This document shows positions 1-9,659 of a DNA stretch of 64,000 nucleotides, one piece after another. A program made the position numbers and the translations under genes. Origin of the DNA: Longimicrobiales bacterium. Lineage in GTDB: Bacteria; Gemmatimonadota; Gemmatimonadetes; Longimicrobiales; Gaopeijiaceae. The stretch covers positions 32,001 through 96,000 of the forward strand of contig OZ241892.1 of NCBI GenBank assembly GCA_965203485.1. The letters run 5' to 3'. Every line of letters begins with the position of its first letter. The stretch's first letter is position 1. A model generated the notes under the pieces. The model made no database searches and had not been told where the DNA came from. It worked only from the letters and a program-made list of their open reading frames with translations.

Positions 1-2
1 AA

Positions 3-2030
3 AGCGCCCGCCAGGAGCGCTGGGAGAAGCGCAGCTTCATGAAGGAGCTGTTCGACGGCAGGCTCTCGCTGGACTTGGTGCACCCCCACCCGAAGCAGGA
101 CCCGGCCGAGGCGGCACGCGCCAAGCCGTTCTTGGAGCGTCTAGCGCAGTTCGTCGAGGAGCATGTGGACGGCGACGCGGTGGACCGCGACGGGTGGGTG
201 CCGGAGTCCGTCCTCGAAGGCTTGGCGGCCCTGGGCGCCTTCGGAGTCAAGATTCCCGAGGGCTACGGCGGCCTGGGGCTGTCGCAGCTCTCCTACAACC
301 GCGCGCTCGCGTTGGTGGCGAGCCGGTGCGGCTCCACGGGAGCGTTCCTGTCGGCGCACCAGTCGATCGGCGTTCCCACGCCTCTCATGCTGTTCGGCAC
401 CGAGGAGCAGAAGCGGAAGTACCTGCCGCGCGCGGCCGGCGGCGAACTCTCGGCGTTCGCGCTGACCGAGCCGATGGTCGGCTCCGACCCGGCCAACATG
501 AGCACGACGGCGACGCTCTCGGAAGACGGCTCGCACTACCTCCTCAACGGCGAGAAGCTTTGGACGACCAACGGCCCCCGCGCCAAGCTGATCGTGGTGA
601 TGGCTCGCACGCCGCCGCGCGAAGGCGCCAGGGGGAAGAGGCCGATCAGCGCGTTCATCGTCGAGAGCGACTGGCCGGGCGTCGATGTGGTGCAGGAATG
701 CCGCTTCATGGGACTCAAGGGACTCTCCAACGGCGTCCTGCGCTTCCGCGACGTCAAGGTGCCGCGCGAGAACCTGCTGTGGGGAGAGGGACTGGGACTC
801 AAGCTGGCGCTGGTGACGCTCAACACGGGGCGCCTGGCGCTGCCCGCGTTCTGCACCGCGGCGGCCAAGGGCCACCTGCGGGCCTGCCGCAAGTGGGCGG
901 GCGAGCGGGTGCAGTGGGGACGCGCGATCGGCAAGCACGACGCGGTCGCGCAGATGCTGGGACGCATGGCGGCGGACACGTACGCGATGGAGGCCGCGGT
1001 CGACTTGGCGGCCGGATTGGCGGACGGCAAGCGAGTGGACATCCGCATGGAGGCCGCGGCCGCGAAGCTGTGGCACACGGAGAAGTCGTGGCGGATGGTG
1101 GACGACGCCGTGCAGATCCGCGGCGGACGAGGGTACGAGACCGCGGACTCGCTGCGTAGCCGGGGCGAGGACCCGGAGCCGCTGGAGCGCGCGATGCGGG
1201 ACTCGCGGATCAACCGCATCTTCGAGGGCTCGAGCGAGATCATGCGCCTGTTCATTGCCCGCGAGGCGGTGGACGAGCACCTGAAGGCGGCGGGCGCCGC
1301 GATCGACGCCGGCGCTCCCTTGGGCAGGCGCGCCGCGGCGGTCCTGCGGGCTGGAGCGCGCTACGCGGCGTGGTACCCCCTGCGGCGACTGGGCTGGGGG
1401 TGGTGGCCGAGGCATCGCCGTTTCGGTCCCCTTGCGGGCCACGTGCGCTTCGTCGACCGGTCCGCGAGGCGGCTCGCGCGCGCGACGTTCCACTGCATGA
1501 TCCGCTTCGGGCCGAAGCTCGAGCAGCGCCAAGCCGTGCTGGGCCGGCTGGTGGACGTCGGCGCGGACCTGTTCGTGATGGTCGCCGCCTGCGTGCGCGC
1601 GCGCGAAGCGGCGGCGGCCGGCCAAGGCTCCGGCGCGGCCCGGCAGGCTGGAGACGGGAAGGCGCAACGGGCGGCCGGCGAGTTCGAGCTGGCCGACCAG
1701 GCGTGCAGGCTCGCCCGGCGGCGGGTGCGCGCGGCCTTCGCCTCGCTGTTCCGCAACGACGACGTGACGACCTACCGGCTCGCTCGGCGAGTCCTGGACG
1801 ACCGCTACGCGTGGCTGGAAGAGGGCATCGTTGCGGCGGGCGGGCCCGGGACCCAGGCCCCGGGCGGCGTCGGGGGACCCGGGGCCGAAGCGGTTGCAGG
1901 CGACGGCGGCGGGGCCGGGAGCGGCGACGCGCTTCATGGCGGAATCGCCGGCCGTGCCGGGGAGGATGCGGCTCCCGCCGGCGCGTCCCTTGGGCGACAC
2001 CGCAGCGGAGCCGCCCGGGCGGCCGGCTAG
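3..2030 (+). CDS. Acyl-CoA dehydrogenase (ACAD9/VLCAD-like), 5' end truncated by window
   Basis: Motifs FALTEPMVGSD, LNGEKLWTTNG, QIRGGRGY, RINRIFEGSSEI. The frame is open from base 3, upstream of the ATG at 39. Confidence 0.92.
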   Translation, partial: SARQERWEKRSFMKELFDGRLSLDLVHPHPKQDPAEAARAKPFLERLAQFVEEHVDGDAVDRDGWVPESVLEGLAALGAFGVKIPEGYGGLGLSQLSYNRALALVASRCGSTGAFLSAHQSIGVPTPLMLFGTEEQKRKYLPRAAGGELSAFALTEPMVGSDPANMSTTATLSEDGSHYLLNGEKLWTTNGPRAKLIVVMARTPPREGARGKRPISAFIVESDWPGVDVVQECRFMGLKGLSNGVLRFRDVKVPRENLLWGEGLGLKLALVTLNTGRLALPAFCTAAAKGHLRACRKWAGERVQWGRAIGKHDAVAQMLGRMAADTYAMEAAVDLAAGLADGKRVDIRMEAAAAKLWHTEKSWRMVDDAVQIRGGRGYETADSLRSRGEDPEPLERAMRDSRINRIFEGSSEIMRLFIAREAVDEHLKAAGAAIDAGAPLGRRAAAVLRAGARYAAWYPLRRLGWGWWPRHRRFGPLAGHVRFVDRSARRLARATFHCMIRFGPKLEQRQAVLGRLVDVGADLFVMVAACVRAREAAAAGQGSGAARQAGDGKAQRAAGEFELADQACRLARRRVRAAFASLFRNDDVTTYRLARRVLDDRYAWLEEGIVAAGGPGTQAPGGVGGPGAEAVAGDGGGAGSGDALHGGIAGRAGEDAAPAGASLGRHRSGAARAAG

Positions 2031-2070
2031 CGCCAGCCCTTCTTCGCTCGCGCTCTTGCCGAATTCTGCC

Positions 2071-3015
2071 GTGCGGCGCCTCTTCGGGTTCGTCCTCGCG
2101 TGGACGCTGGCGCTCCTGGCGCTGGGGAGCATCGTGCATGCCACGGAGTCGAGCTTGGCGTGCCCCGACTGGCCGACTTGCTTCGGCACGCTGACCCCCG
2201 AGATGACGGGCGGCGTCTTCTGGGAGCACCTCCACCGCCTGTGGGCCGGCGCCCTCGTCTTGCTGTTCACCGCCGCCGTCGTCCTTCTGCGCCGCCGCCG
2301 CCCGGAACTGCGGACGGTCTTCAGGCTGGGCTTGGCGGGGGTCGCCGCGTTGCTGGTCCAGTCCGTCCTCGGAGGACTAACCGTCATCTACGGGCTGCCC
2401 GACGCGATTTCGGTGTCCCACCTCACGCTCGCTCTCGCCTTCGTGGTTCTGCTCACGGTCATGACCGCGCGAGTCGGCGAACCGTGGACGTACCGCACCG
2501 AGGAGTCCCGGAAGAGAGTGCGGCGCGCCGGAACGTCGAGCGTGCGCGTCATCTTCATCCAATCGTTCGTCGGCGGCCTCGTGCGCCATCAGGACGCGGG
2601 GATGGCGTGCCCCGACATTCCTCTGTGCCTGGGCAGTCTCGTGCCGCCGCTGGGCCACCCGCTGGTCCGCATCCACTACATGCACCGCGTGCTCGGCGTG
2701 CTGGCGATGGTCATCGTGCTGCGACACGCATGGCTCGTCCTGCGGCGGTCCAGCGAGACGGCGCCGCGCCGCGCCGTGGCGGCGCTGGCGGGCGGGGCCG
2801 TGCTCCAAGTCGCGTTCGGCTTCGCCTCGGTGGCGTTCAGCCTCGATCCGCCCTACGTCGTGGTCCACACGGCGATCGCCGGCGTCCTCCTCGTTCTCGC
2901 GGCGACGCTGGTCGGCCAAGCCCGCCCCGGCGCGACCGTCGCCGAAGAGAGCGGACCCTCGCGCTCGGGCAGGGTCGCCGCCGCCGAACGCCCGCCAGCT
3001 GCGGGCGCCACGTGA
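2071..3015 (+). CDS. ctaA: COX15/CtaA family heme A synthase
   Basis: ACPDWPTC, EHLHR, SVSHL, ACPDIPLC, HYMHR and multiple TM helices. GTG start at 2071 inferred. Confidence 0.85.
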   Translation: MRRLFGFVLAWTLALLALGSIVHATESSLACPDWPTCFGTLTPEMTGGVFWEHLHRLWAGALVLLFTAAVVLLRRRRPELRTVFRLGLAGVAALLVQSVLGGLTVIYGLPDAISVSHLTLALAFVVLLTVMTARVGEPWTYRTEESRKRVRRAGTSSVRVIFIQSFVGGLVRHQDAGMACPDIPLCLGSLVPPLGHPLVRIHYMHRVLGVLAMVIVLRHAWLVLRRSSETAPRRAVAALAGGAVLQVAFGFASVAFSLDPPYVVVHTAIAGVLLVLAATLVGQARPGATVAEESGPSRSGRVAAAERPPAAGAT

Positions 3016-3437
3016 GCGCCGAGGCTCTCGGCAACGCGCTGGCGCCCGTCAACGCAATCCTCAATCTGACGGCGGCCGCGTTCCTTCTCGCCGGATTCCG
3101 GGCCGTCCGCCGCGGGCGGATCGAGGCGCACCGCCGCCGAATGCTGGGCGCCGCCGCGGCGTCCGGCGTCTTCCTCGCGTCCTACGTCGCGCGCTTCTCG
3201 CTCACGGGCACTCACGAGTTCGCCGGCCCCGACGCGCTCCGGCCCTTCTACTTGGCGGTTCTCTTCAGCCACATGACCCTGGCGGTCGTCGTGCTGCCGC
3301 TGGCGCTCCGCCTTCTCGTCCTGGCCCGCCGCGAGCGCTTCGACGCCCACCGCCGCCTGGCCCGTTGGACCTTCCCGGCCTGGCTCTACGTCTCCATCAC
3401 CGGCTTCGCCGTCTACGTGATGCTGTACCACATGTAG
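3012..3437 (+). CDS. DUF420 family membrane protein
   Basis: VNAILN, HRRRM, FLASY, SHMTLA, HRRLARWTFPAWLYVSITG. GTGA overlap with ctaA. Confidence 0.85.
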   Translation: MSAEALGNALAPVNAILNLTAAAFLLAGFRAVRRGRIEAHRRRMLGAAAASGVFLASYVARFSLTGTHEFAGPDALRPFYLAVLFSHMTLAVVVLPLALRLLVLARRERFDAHRRLARWTFPAWLYVSITGFAVYVMLYHM

Positions 3438-3470
3438 GCGCCCCTTTCGCGGGCGCACCGCCGCCCCGAG

Positions 3471-4076
3471 TCAGTCCGATCCCACCCAGCGGCACGTCGG
3501 ATCGCCCTTCGTCTCGCAACGGTGCTCGGCGACCGTCCACTGGGCCGACACCCCTTCGCGCAGCGCCTGCTGGCAGAAGCCGGAGATGAACTGGCAGGCG
3601 TCGCCGCTCTTGTCCAGCTGCACGAACGGCGAGGCGGACACCTCCAGCGTGAACGGTCCCGAGATGAAGCCGCCCATCCGGCGCCCGAACAGCTTGGCGA
3701 GCTGCCGCTGGATGCGCTTCTTCACAAGCCGCAAGCGAAGGCGGCGCGGAAACAGCCGGCCTCGGGCGCTCACTTGGCGCTTCGCCAGCCTCGCTCCGGC
3801 CCTGAAGAAGATCTCGCGCGAGTCGGGCCGCCTCATGACCAGCTGAATCAGCCCGGAGACCTCGTCCGGGGGCAACCGGTCGCCCCGGCGGGCGCGGTCG
3901 CGCTGAAGCTTGATCTGCGTTTCGATGACGCCGCTGATGCCGAAGCGTCGCGGCAGGGTCCGGGAGATGTCTTCGTCCATGAGGACTTCGGCGGGCTGGT
4001 CCACTTGGCGCAGCGTCTCCAGAAGCTCCACCACGATATCTGCCGCCACGCCTCGCTTGCGCACCTGTCTCGGCAT
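3471..4076 (-). CDS. Hypothetical protein with V4R-like C-terminal domain
   Basis: ATG at 4076 (MPRQVRKRG). C-terminal C...GF...EHRCETKGDPTCRW pattern is typical of V4R domains. Confidence 0.6.
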   Translation of the reverse strand: MPRQVRKRGVAADIVVELLETLRQVDQPAEVLMDEDISRTLPRRFGISGVIETQIKLQRDRARRGDRLPPDEVSGLIQLVMRRPDSREIFFRAGARLAKRQVSARGRLFPRRLRLRLVKKRIQRQLAKLFGRRMGGFISGPFTLEVSASPFVQLDKSGDACQFISGFCQQALREGVSAQWTVAEHRCETKGDPTCRWVGSD

Positions 4077-4443
4077 GGCGGTTCTCCGGTGGGATAGCGG
4101 GGTCCGCGCACGGCCGACCCCCGGGGGCGCCCCATGCGCCGCGCAAGACCTTCGGGCCTCGGCCGCGCGGCGCGGCAGGGAATGCGAGCCGCCCCCTCGA
4201 AGACGAGCTTGCCCGCCGCAGTGGCGACGCCCAAACTTACACGGCCCGGGCCGTTCCGCCAGTTTTCTGCCCGCGCCGCCCGGTAGTCGCCGTCGCCGCG
4301 CCGAAGGCGCCCGAAGGGTTGGTCCGCCGGGGTTCGCGCCCCGCGCCGGCGCTCCGTCGGCGGCCTCCGCGAGCGTCTCCCGGCCCTCGATCCTCTCCGT
4401 GGCGCCCGTCGCGCCGGGACAACTCGCCGCCCGGCCCTCCACC

Positions 4444-5715
4444 GTGAAACGCTTTCCGGCCTTCGATCCTCCCGAGTACCACCGCTGGACCCCCGGCGCC
4501 GACGCGGTTCGGCGGTACCGCAAGACGTTCCGCGAGTCCCCGTCTCGGGCCGAAGTCGTGGACCAGCTGGACGAATCGGGTCTTCTCGGCATCTATCGCG
4601 GCCTGCTGACGACGCGCTTGCAGGACATCGCGCTCAAGCGTTGGGTGCGGCAAGGCGTCGTCAGCAAGGCTTGGCTGGGAACCGGCGAGGAGGCCGTCAC
4701 CGTGGGCGCAGTGAGCGCGCTGGACCGCAAGCGCGACGTGGTCAGCCCCATGATCCGCAACGCGGGCGCGTGCCACTTGATGGGAATGCCGCTCGAAGAC
4801 GGGTTCACGACGTACCTCGCGACGACCGCGAGCCCGAGCGGGGGACGCGACCTTCATGCCGGCGACGTGTCGAGGGGCGTCGTTCAACCGATCAGCCACA
4901 TGGGCGCCAGCGCGACGATCGTCGCCGGGGCGGCGCTCGCCTTCAAGAACCGGGGCGAGGCCCGAGTCGCGCTGACCTGGATCGGCGACGGGGCGACTCG
5001 CACGGCGGCCGCTCACGAAGGGATGGTCTTCGCGGCAGGGGCCCGCGTGCCCGCCATCTTCGTCGTCCAGAACAATCAGGTCGCGCTGGGGACGCCGTTG
5101 GCGCAGCACGCCGGCGGAAGGATGGAAGACGTGCCGCGGGCCTACGGGATGGACGCGCTGGTCTGCGACGGCAACAACGTCCTGGACGTCCACGCGGCCA
5201 CGGCCGTCGCCAGGAGGCGTTGCGTGGAGGGACGCGGACCGGCCGGGGTCGTGGCCGGGACCTTCAGGATGGGGGGGCACGCCACGCACGACGAGCGCGA
5301 GGCGAGGGAGACGCTCGACGCGCGTCTGTTCGAGGAGTGGGGACGGCGCGATCCCGTCGGACTGTTCGAGGCGTTTCTGCTGGAGGAGGGAATCGCCTCC
5401 GCCGCGCTCGAGGAGATCGAGGACGAGGCGTCCCGCGCGGTCGAAGACGCGGCCGAACGCGCGCTGGCATCCCGCGGCGACGCGCCGCCCCCGGAACGCG
5501 CCATCTACGACGGTTTCTCCGAGGGAGGAGTCCTGCACCCCTTGCGCCACCGGCTGGCCGGCGGGCGCGAGCCGCGCACCGAGCGTTCGGTCGTGGTCGG
5601 CGGCCCGCGCGCCTCGCGCCACTGGCCGGCCGGCGGGCAGGCTTGCGCCGAACCTCGGTCGGCGGCCGGACGCCCGGGCACGCCGGCCGACGACGCGGCC
5701 GACCACGCCCGTTGA
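4444..5715 (+). CDS. TPP-dependent 2-oxoacid dehydrogenase E1 alpha subunit
   Basis: GTGEEA, WIGDGAT...QNNQVA TPP motif, TFRMGGHATHD, RDPV. GTG start at 4444 inferred. Confidence 0.88.
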   Translation: MKRFPAFDPPEYHRWTPGADAVRRYRKTFRESPSRAEVVDQLDESGLLGIYRGLLTTRLQDIALKRWVRQGVVSKAWLGTGEEAVTVGAVSALDRKRDVVSPMIRNAGACHLMGMPLEDGFTTYLATTASPSGGRDLHAGDVSRGVVQPISHMGASATIVAGAALAFKNRGEARVALTWIGDGATRTAAAHEGMVFAAGARVPAIFVVQNNQVALGTPLAQHAGGRMEDVPRAYGMDALVCDGNNVLDVHAATAVARRRCVEGRGPAGVVAGTFRMGGHATHDEREARETLDARLFEEWGRRDPVGLFEAFLLEEGIASAALEEIEDEASRAVEDAAERALASRGDAPPPERAIYDGFSEGGVLHPLRHRLAGGREPRTERSVVVGGPRASRHWPAGGQACAEPRSAAGRPGTPADDAADHAR

Positions 5716-5750
5716 AGGGTGCTCCCGCCGCCGTATATTGCTTAACGACC

Positions 5751-6374
5751 ATGTTCGACGACCTGCGAAGGGCCTTCAAGGAAGCCGTGGACAACTTCCA
5801 CCAGGAGCTCGGCCGCGACTCGGTGGCGGAAACGGTGGACGGCCTGCTCAAGCGGATGGAGCGCGAGGCCGTGGACGCCAAGGCGGCCGTGGCGCTGGCG
5901 AAGGAGCAGCTCGCAAAGGCGCGAAAGCAGGCCGAGGCCGAGGCCGGGGAAGAGGCGGTCTGCCGCCGCCGCGAGGGCTTGGCGCGCAAGATCGGCGACG
6001 CCGAGACGGCGGAGATCGCCGCCGAGTACGCCGAGAAGCACGCCGAACGAGGCCGCGTGCTCGCCCGCAAGGCGGACGCGATCGAGGCCGAGATCCGCCT
6101 TCAGGAGGCGGAATACGAGGCCATGCTGGGCAAGATCAGGGAAGCGCGCGCCAGCCGCGACGGACTCTCCGCCCAGGCGGGACGCGCCAGGGCGCGCGAT
6201 TCGCTGGGAAGCGTCTCCGATCTGCTGAACGACTTGGACCGCATGGAAGAGGACGCGCAGGACGGACGCCCGGGGCCGAGCGCGGCGGAGTTCGACGAAG
6301 CCGTCGGCAGGGCGCGCGACGAAGCGATCGACGAGCGTCTCGACGCCTTGAAGCGGCGCATGGGAAAGAAGTAG
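5751..6374 (+). CDS. PspA/IM30-like coiled-coil protein
   Basis: MFDDLRRAFKEAVDNF, long coiled coil, C-terminal IDERLDALKRRMGKK typical of PspA-like proteins. Confidence 0.65.
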   Translation: MFDDLRRAFKEAVDNFHQELGRDSVAETVDGLLKRMEREAVDAKAAVALAKEQLAKARKQAEAEAGEEAVCRRREGLARKIGDAETAEIAAEYAEKHAERGRVLARKADAIEAEIRLQEAEYEAMLGKIREARASRDGLSAQAGRARARDSLGSVSDLLNDLDRMEEDAQDGRPGPSAAEFDEAVGRARDEAIDERLDALKRRMGKK

Positions 6375-6383
6375 ATTCCGCTC

Positions 6384-6662
6384 ATGGAGAACTGGATCGG
6401 GGCGGCAGTCTGGGTGATCATGGGCGGCGCGATAGGCTTGGCCATGAAGCTGGTGGTCAAGAACCCGCGCGAGACTCGCGGGCATTCGACGCTCCTCGTG
6501 GTCCTGGGCGGATTCGCGGCGGCCATCGGCGGGATGCTGGGCGTGGGCATCTTCGAGTTCTACGACCCGGTGGCCCTCAGTCCGGGCGGCATGGCGGGAG
6601 CCGCCGTGTTCGCGGCGCTGATGACGTGGGTCTACCGGTGGGGCGTCAAGGGCCTCACGTGA
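6384..6662 (+). CDS. Small membrane protein (GlsB/YeaQ/YmgE-like)
   Basis: 92 aa with three Gly-rich hydrophobic helices. Confidence 0.6.
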   Translation: MENWIGAAVWVIMGGAIGLAMKLVVKNPRETRGHSTLLVVLGGFAAAIGGMLGVGIFEFYDPVALSPGGMAGAAVFAALMTWVYRWGVKGLT

Positions 6663-8050
6663 CGCCCCCGGCGGACGCCGCCGCCGGTCCCCTTGGCTTC
6701 GCCCGCGAGGCGCGACCGCGGTTTCAGGACGAACTGTCCGACTTCCTGCGCATCCCGTCGGTCTCGGCCAAGAGCGAGCGGGACGGGGACACGGCTCGGG
6801 CCGCCGCGTGGCTGTGCCGTTGCATGCGCCAGGCCGGACTCCAAGCGGAGACGTTCTCCACCGCCCGCCACCCGGTGGTCCTGGGCGAATGGCGCGGGGC
6901 GCCTCGGGATGCGCCGACGCTCCTCGTCTACGGCCACTACGACGTCCAGCCGCCCGAGCCGCTGGAGCCTTGGGAGTCGCCGCCGTTCGAGCCCACGGTG
7001 CGGGAAGGGCGCATCTACGCGCGCGGCGCGGCCGACGACAAGGGACAGCTGTTCATGCACGTCAAGGCGCTGGAGAGCCACTTGGCGACGCGCGGGCGCC
7101 TGCCGGTCAACGTCGTGATGCTCGCCGAGGGCGAAGAGGAGATAGGGTCGCCGAACCTGCTTCCGTTCGTTCGGCGCCACAGGGCGAGGTTGCAGGCGGA
7201 TACGGTAGTGATCTCCGACTCGGCGATGTTCGCGCCCGGACAGCCGTCGCTGCTCTGCTCGCTGCGGGGCCTCGCGTACTTCGAGCTGCACGCCACCGGC
7301 CCGCCGGGCGACCTCCATTCGGGGGCCTACGGCGGGGCCGCGCGCAACCCCGCGAACGCGCTGGCCGGGCTGATCGGCGGCCTTCACGGCCCGGACGGCA
7401 CGATCGCCGTCGCCGGCTTCTACGACGACGTCGCGCCGCCGGAACAGGAGGAGACCGACCGCATCCGCGCCCTTCCGTTCGACGCGGGCGCCTTCGCCCG
7501 CGAGGCCGGCGGCGCCGCGCTGGAGGGAGGCGAAACGGCCTATTCTCCGCTGGAGCGCCTTTGGGTGCGTCCTTCTTGCGACGTCAACGGAATCGCGGCG
7601 GGCTACGCGGGAGAGGGCGCCAAGACGGTCCTCCCGTCGCGCGCGATGGCCAAGGTCAGCTTCCGGCTGGTGCCGAACCAGACGCCCGAGCGGGTGACGG
7701 CGCTTTTCGAGCAGCACGTGCGCGATCATGCGCCGCCGGGCGTGGACGTGCGGGTGACGGCGCTCCACGGAGCGCGTCCTTGGCGCGCCAAGCCGGCCGG
7801 ACCCGTCTTCGAGGCCGCGGCGCGCGCGCTGGAGGCGTCGTTCGGGACGCGTCCGTTGCTGGTCGGCGAGGGAGGCACGATTCCAATCGTCGTCGAACTC
7901 GAGGAGACGCTCGGAGCCGACACGCTTCTCATGGGGTTCGCGCTGCCCGGCGCCAACATGCACGCGCCCAACGAATGGCTCGCGCTGGATTGCTTCGAGC
8001 GGGGCCTCGACGCGCTTGTCCGTCTCTACGACGAGCTCGGGACCGAGTAG
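6659..8050 (+). CDS. M20 family dipeptidase
   Basis: YGHYDVQP, RGAADDKGQ, EGEEEIGS, DLHSG, NMHAPNE. GTGA overlap with upstream gene. Confidence 0.92.
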   Translation: MTPPADAAAGPLGFAREARPRFQDELSDFLRIPSVSAKSERDGDTARAAAWLCRCMRQAGLQAETFSTARHPVVLGEWRGAPRDAPTLLVYGHYDVQPPEPLEPWESPPFEPTVREGRIYARGAADDKGQLFMHVKALESHLATRGRLPVNVVMLAEGEEEIGSPNLLPFVRRHRARLQADTVVISDSAMFAPGQPSLLCSLRGLAYFELHATGPPGDLHSGAYGGAARNPANALAGLIGGLHGPDGTIAVAGFYDDVAPPEQEETDRIRALPFDAGAFAREAGGAALEGGETAYSPLERLWVRPSCDVNGIAAGYAGEGAKTVLPSRAMAKVSFRLVPNQTPERVTALFEQHVRDHAPPGVDVRVTALHGARPWRAKPAGPVFEAAARALEASFGTRPLLVGEGGTIPIVVELEETLGADTLLMGFALPGANMHAPNEWLALDCFERGLDALVRLYDELGTE

Positions 8051-9564
8051 CGGGACTCAGCGCGTTGCCCGCCGAGCGGTCCGACGGCCGCCACGGCCCG
8101 GAGCAGCGCGCGGGCCTTGCTCATCGTTTCCTCGTACTCCCGCTCGGGATCCGAGTCGGCCACCACGCCGGCGCCGGCCTGCACGTGAGCCCGCCCGTCG
8201 CGGACCACCATCGTGCGGATCGTGATCGCAGTGTCCATTTGCCGTCCCCCCCAGCCGAGGTGTCCCACCGCGCCCGCGTACGGACCTCGCGCCGTCGGCT
8301 CCAGCTCGTCGATGATCTCCATCGCGCGCACCTTGGGCGCCCCGGTGACCGTCCCGGCCGGAAAGCACGCCGCCAGCACGTCGAGCGCCGACAGCCCGCT
8401 CCTGGCCCGGCCCTCGACCCGGCTGCACAGGTGCATGACGTGCGAGTAGCGCTCCACTTCCATGAGTTCGGGGACCGCGACGCTCCCGTATTCGGATACG
8501 CGGCCGACGTCGTTGCGGCCCAGATCCACGAGCATCCGGTGCTCCGCGAGCTCCTTCTCGTCGCGCGTCAGCTCCTCCGCGATCGCCTGGTCCTCCGCCG
8601 CCGTCTTGCCGCGGGGACGCGTGCCGGCGATGGGCCGCACGGTCACCACGCCGTCCTCCAGCCGCACGAGCACTTCGGGCGAGGAGCCGACGATGCTGAA
8701 GTCGTCGAGGTCGAGGTGGTAGAGATAGGGCGACGGGTTGATCGTCCGCAGCGCGCGGTAGAGATCGAAAGGCGGCCCGTCGAAGCGCGTCGCCAGGCGC
8801 TGGCTCAGCACGACCTGAAACGCGTCGCCCGCCGCGATGTATTCCTTGATGCGCCGCACTCCCGCGCAAAACGCCGCGCGTCCGAGGTTGCTCGCGCATG
8901 CCGGGTCTTCGGCGCCGGCCGCCAGTCCGAGCGGCGAAGGCCCGCCCTTCGAGCGCAGGCGGCCCACCGCTTCCTCGAGGCGGGCGCCGGCGCCGCCGTA
9001 GAGACGCGCCAGCGATTCGCGAGTCGGCGCGTCGCCCACGTCCACCGTGGCGATTGCCTTGGCGCGGCCGTTGAGGTTGTCGACCGCGACGACCACGTCG
9101 GGGAACATGACGAGCGCCTGCGGAAGGCCCTGGTCGTCCGGCGGGCCGGGACCGAGACGTTCGAGGCTCCGCACCACGTCGTAGCCGAAGTAGCCCACTG
9201 CGCCGCCCCAGAAGCGCGGCAGCCGTTCGTCGGGCCTCGGCACGGCTCCCGCCAGCCGCCGGTTCAGATCCTCCCAGGCGTCGACGGGCCCGACGTCCGA
9301 CCAGCCCTGGGCCGGCTCCCATGCCGACACCCGTCCTGCCTCCAACTTCCAGGCGCTGCGCGGGCGGCTGCCCAGGAAGCTGTAGCGCGCCCAGCGCTCG
9401 CCGCCGACCACGGATTCCAGCAGAAAGCCGAAGGGCCCGTCCTTGAGCTTGTGGTACGCCGTGACGGCCGTGTCGGCGTCGAAGAGGAACTCGCACCAAA
9501 CCGGCACGCGAGAGCCGGGTTGGGCTCGGCCCAGGAAGGAATCGAGCGACGGACGGAGGTTCAC
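8026..9564 (-). CDS. trpE: Anthranilate synthase component I
   Basis: FLLESVVGGERWARYSF, GDAFQVVLSQR, NPSPY, GSSPE, PIAGTRPRG, EHRMLVDLGRND, PAGTVTGAPK. Confidence 0.93.
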   Translation of the reverse strand: MNLRPSLDSFLGRAQPGSRVPVWCEFLFDADTAVTAYHKLKDGPFGFLLESVVGGERWARYSFLGSRPRSAWKLEAGRVSAWEPAQGWSDVGPVDAWEDLNRRLAGAVPRPDERLPRFWGGAVGYFGYDVVRSLERLGPGPPDDQGLPQALVMFPDVVVAVDNLNGRAKAIATVDVGDAPTRESLARLYGGAGARLEEAVGRLRSKGGPSPLGLAAGAEDPACASNLGRAAFCAGVRRIKEYIAAGDAFQVVLSQRLATRFDGPPFDLYRALRTINPSPYLYHLDLDDFSIVGSSPEVLVRLEDGVVTVRPIAGTRPRGKTAAEDQAIAEELTRDEKELAEHRMLVDLGRNDVGRVSEYGSVAVPELMEVERYSHVMHLCSRVEGRARSGLSALDVLAACFPAGTVTGAPKVRAMEIIDELEPTARGPYAGAVGHLGWGGRQMDTAITIRTMVVRDGRAHVQAGAGVVADSDPEREYEETMSKARALLRAVAAVGPLGGQRAESRYSVPSSS

Positions 9565-9659
9565 TTGGATCGCGGTCGAGCGGCGTGAGGGGGCGGCGGG
9601 CCTTGGCCGACGGCAAGGGGAAGTCTACGAAGGAGACGCGCGGCGACGCACCCGAGGCG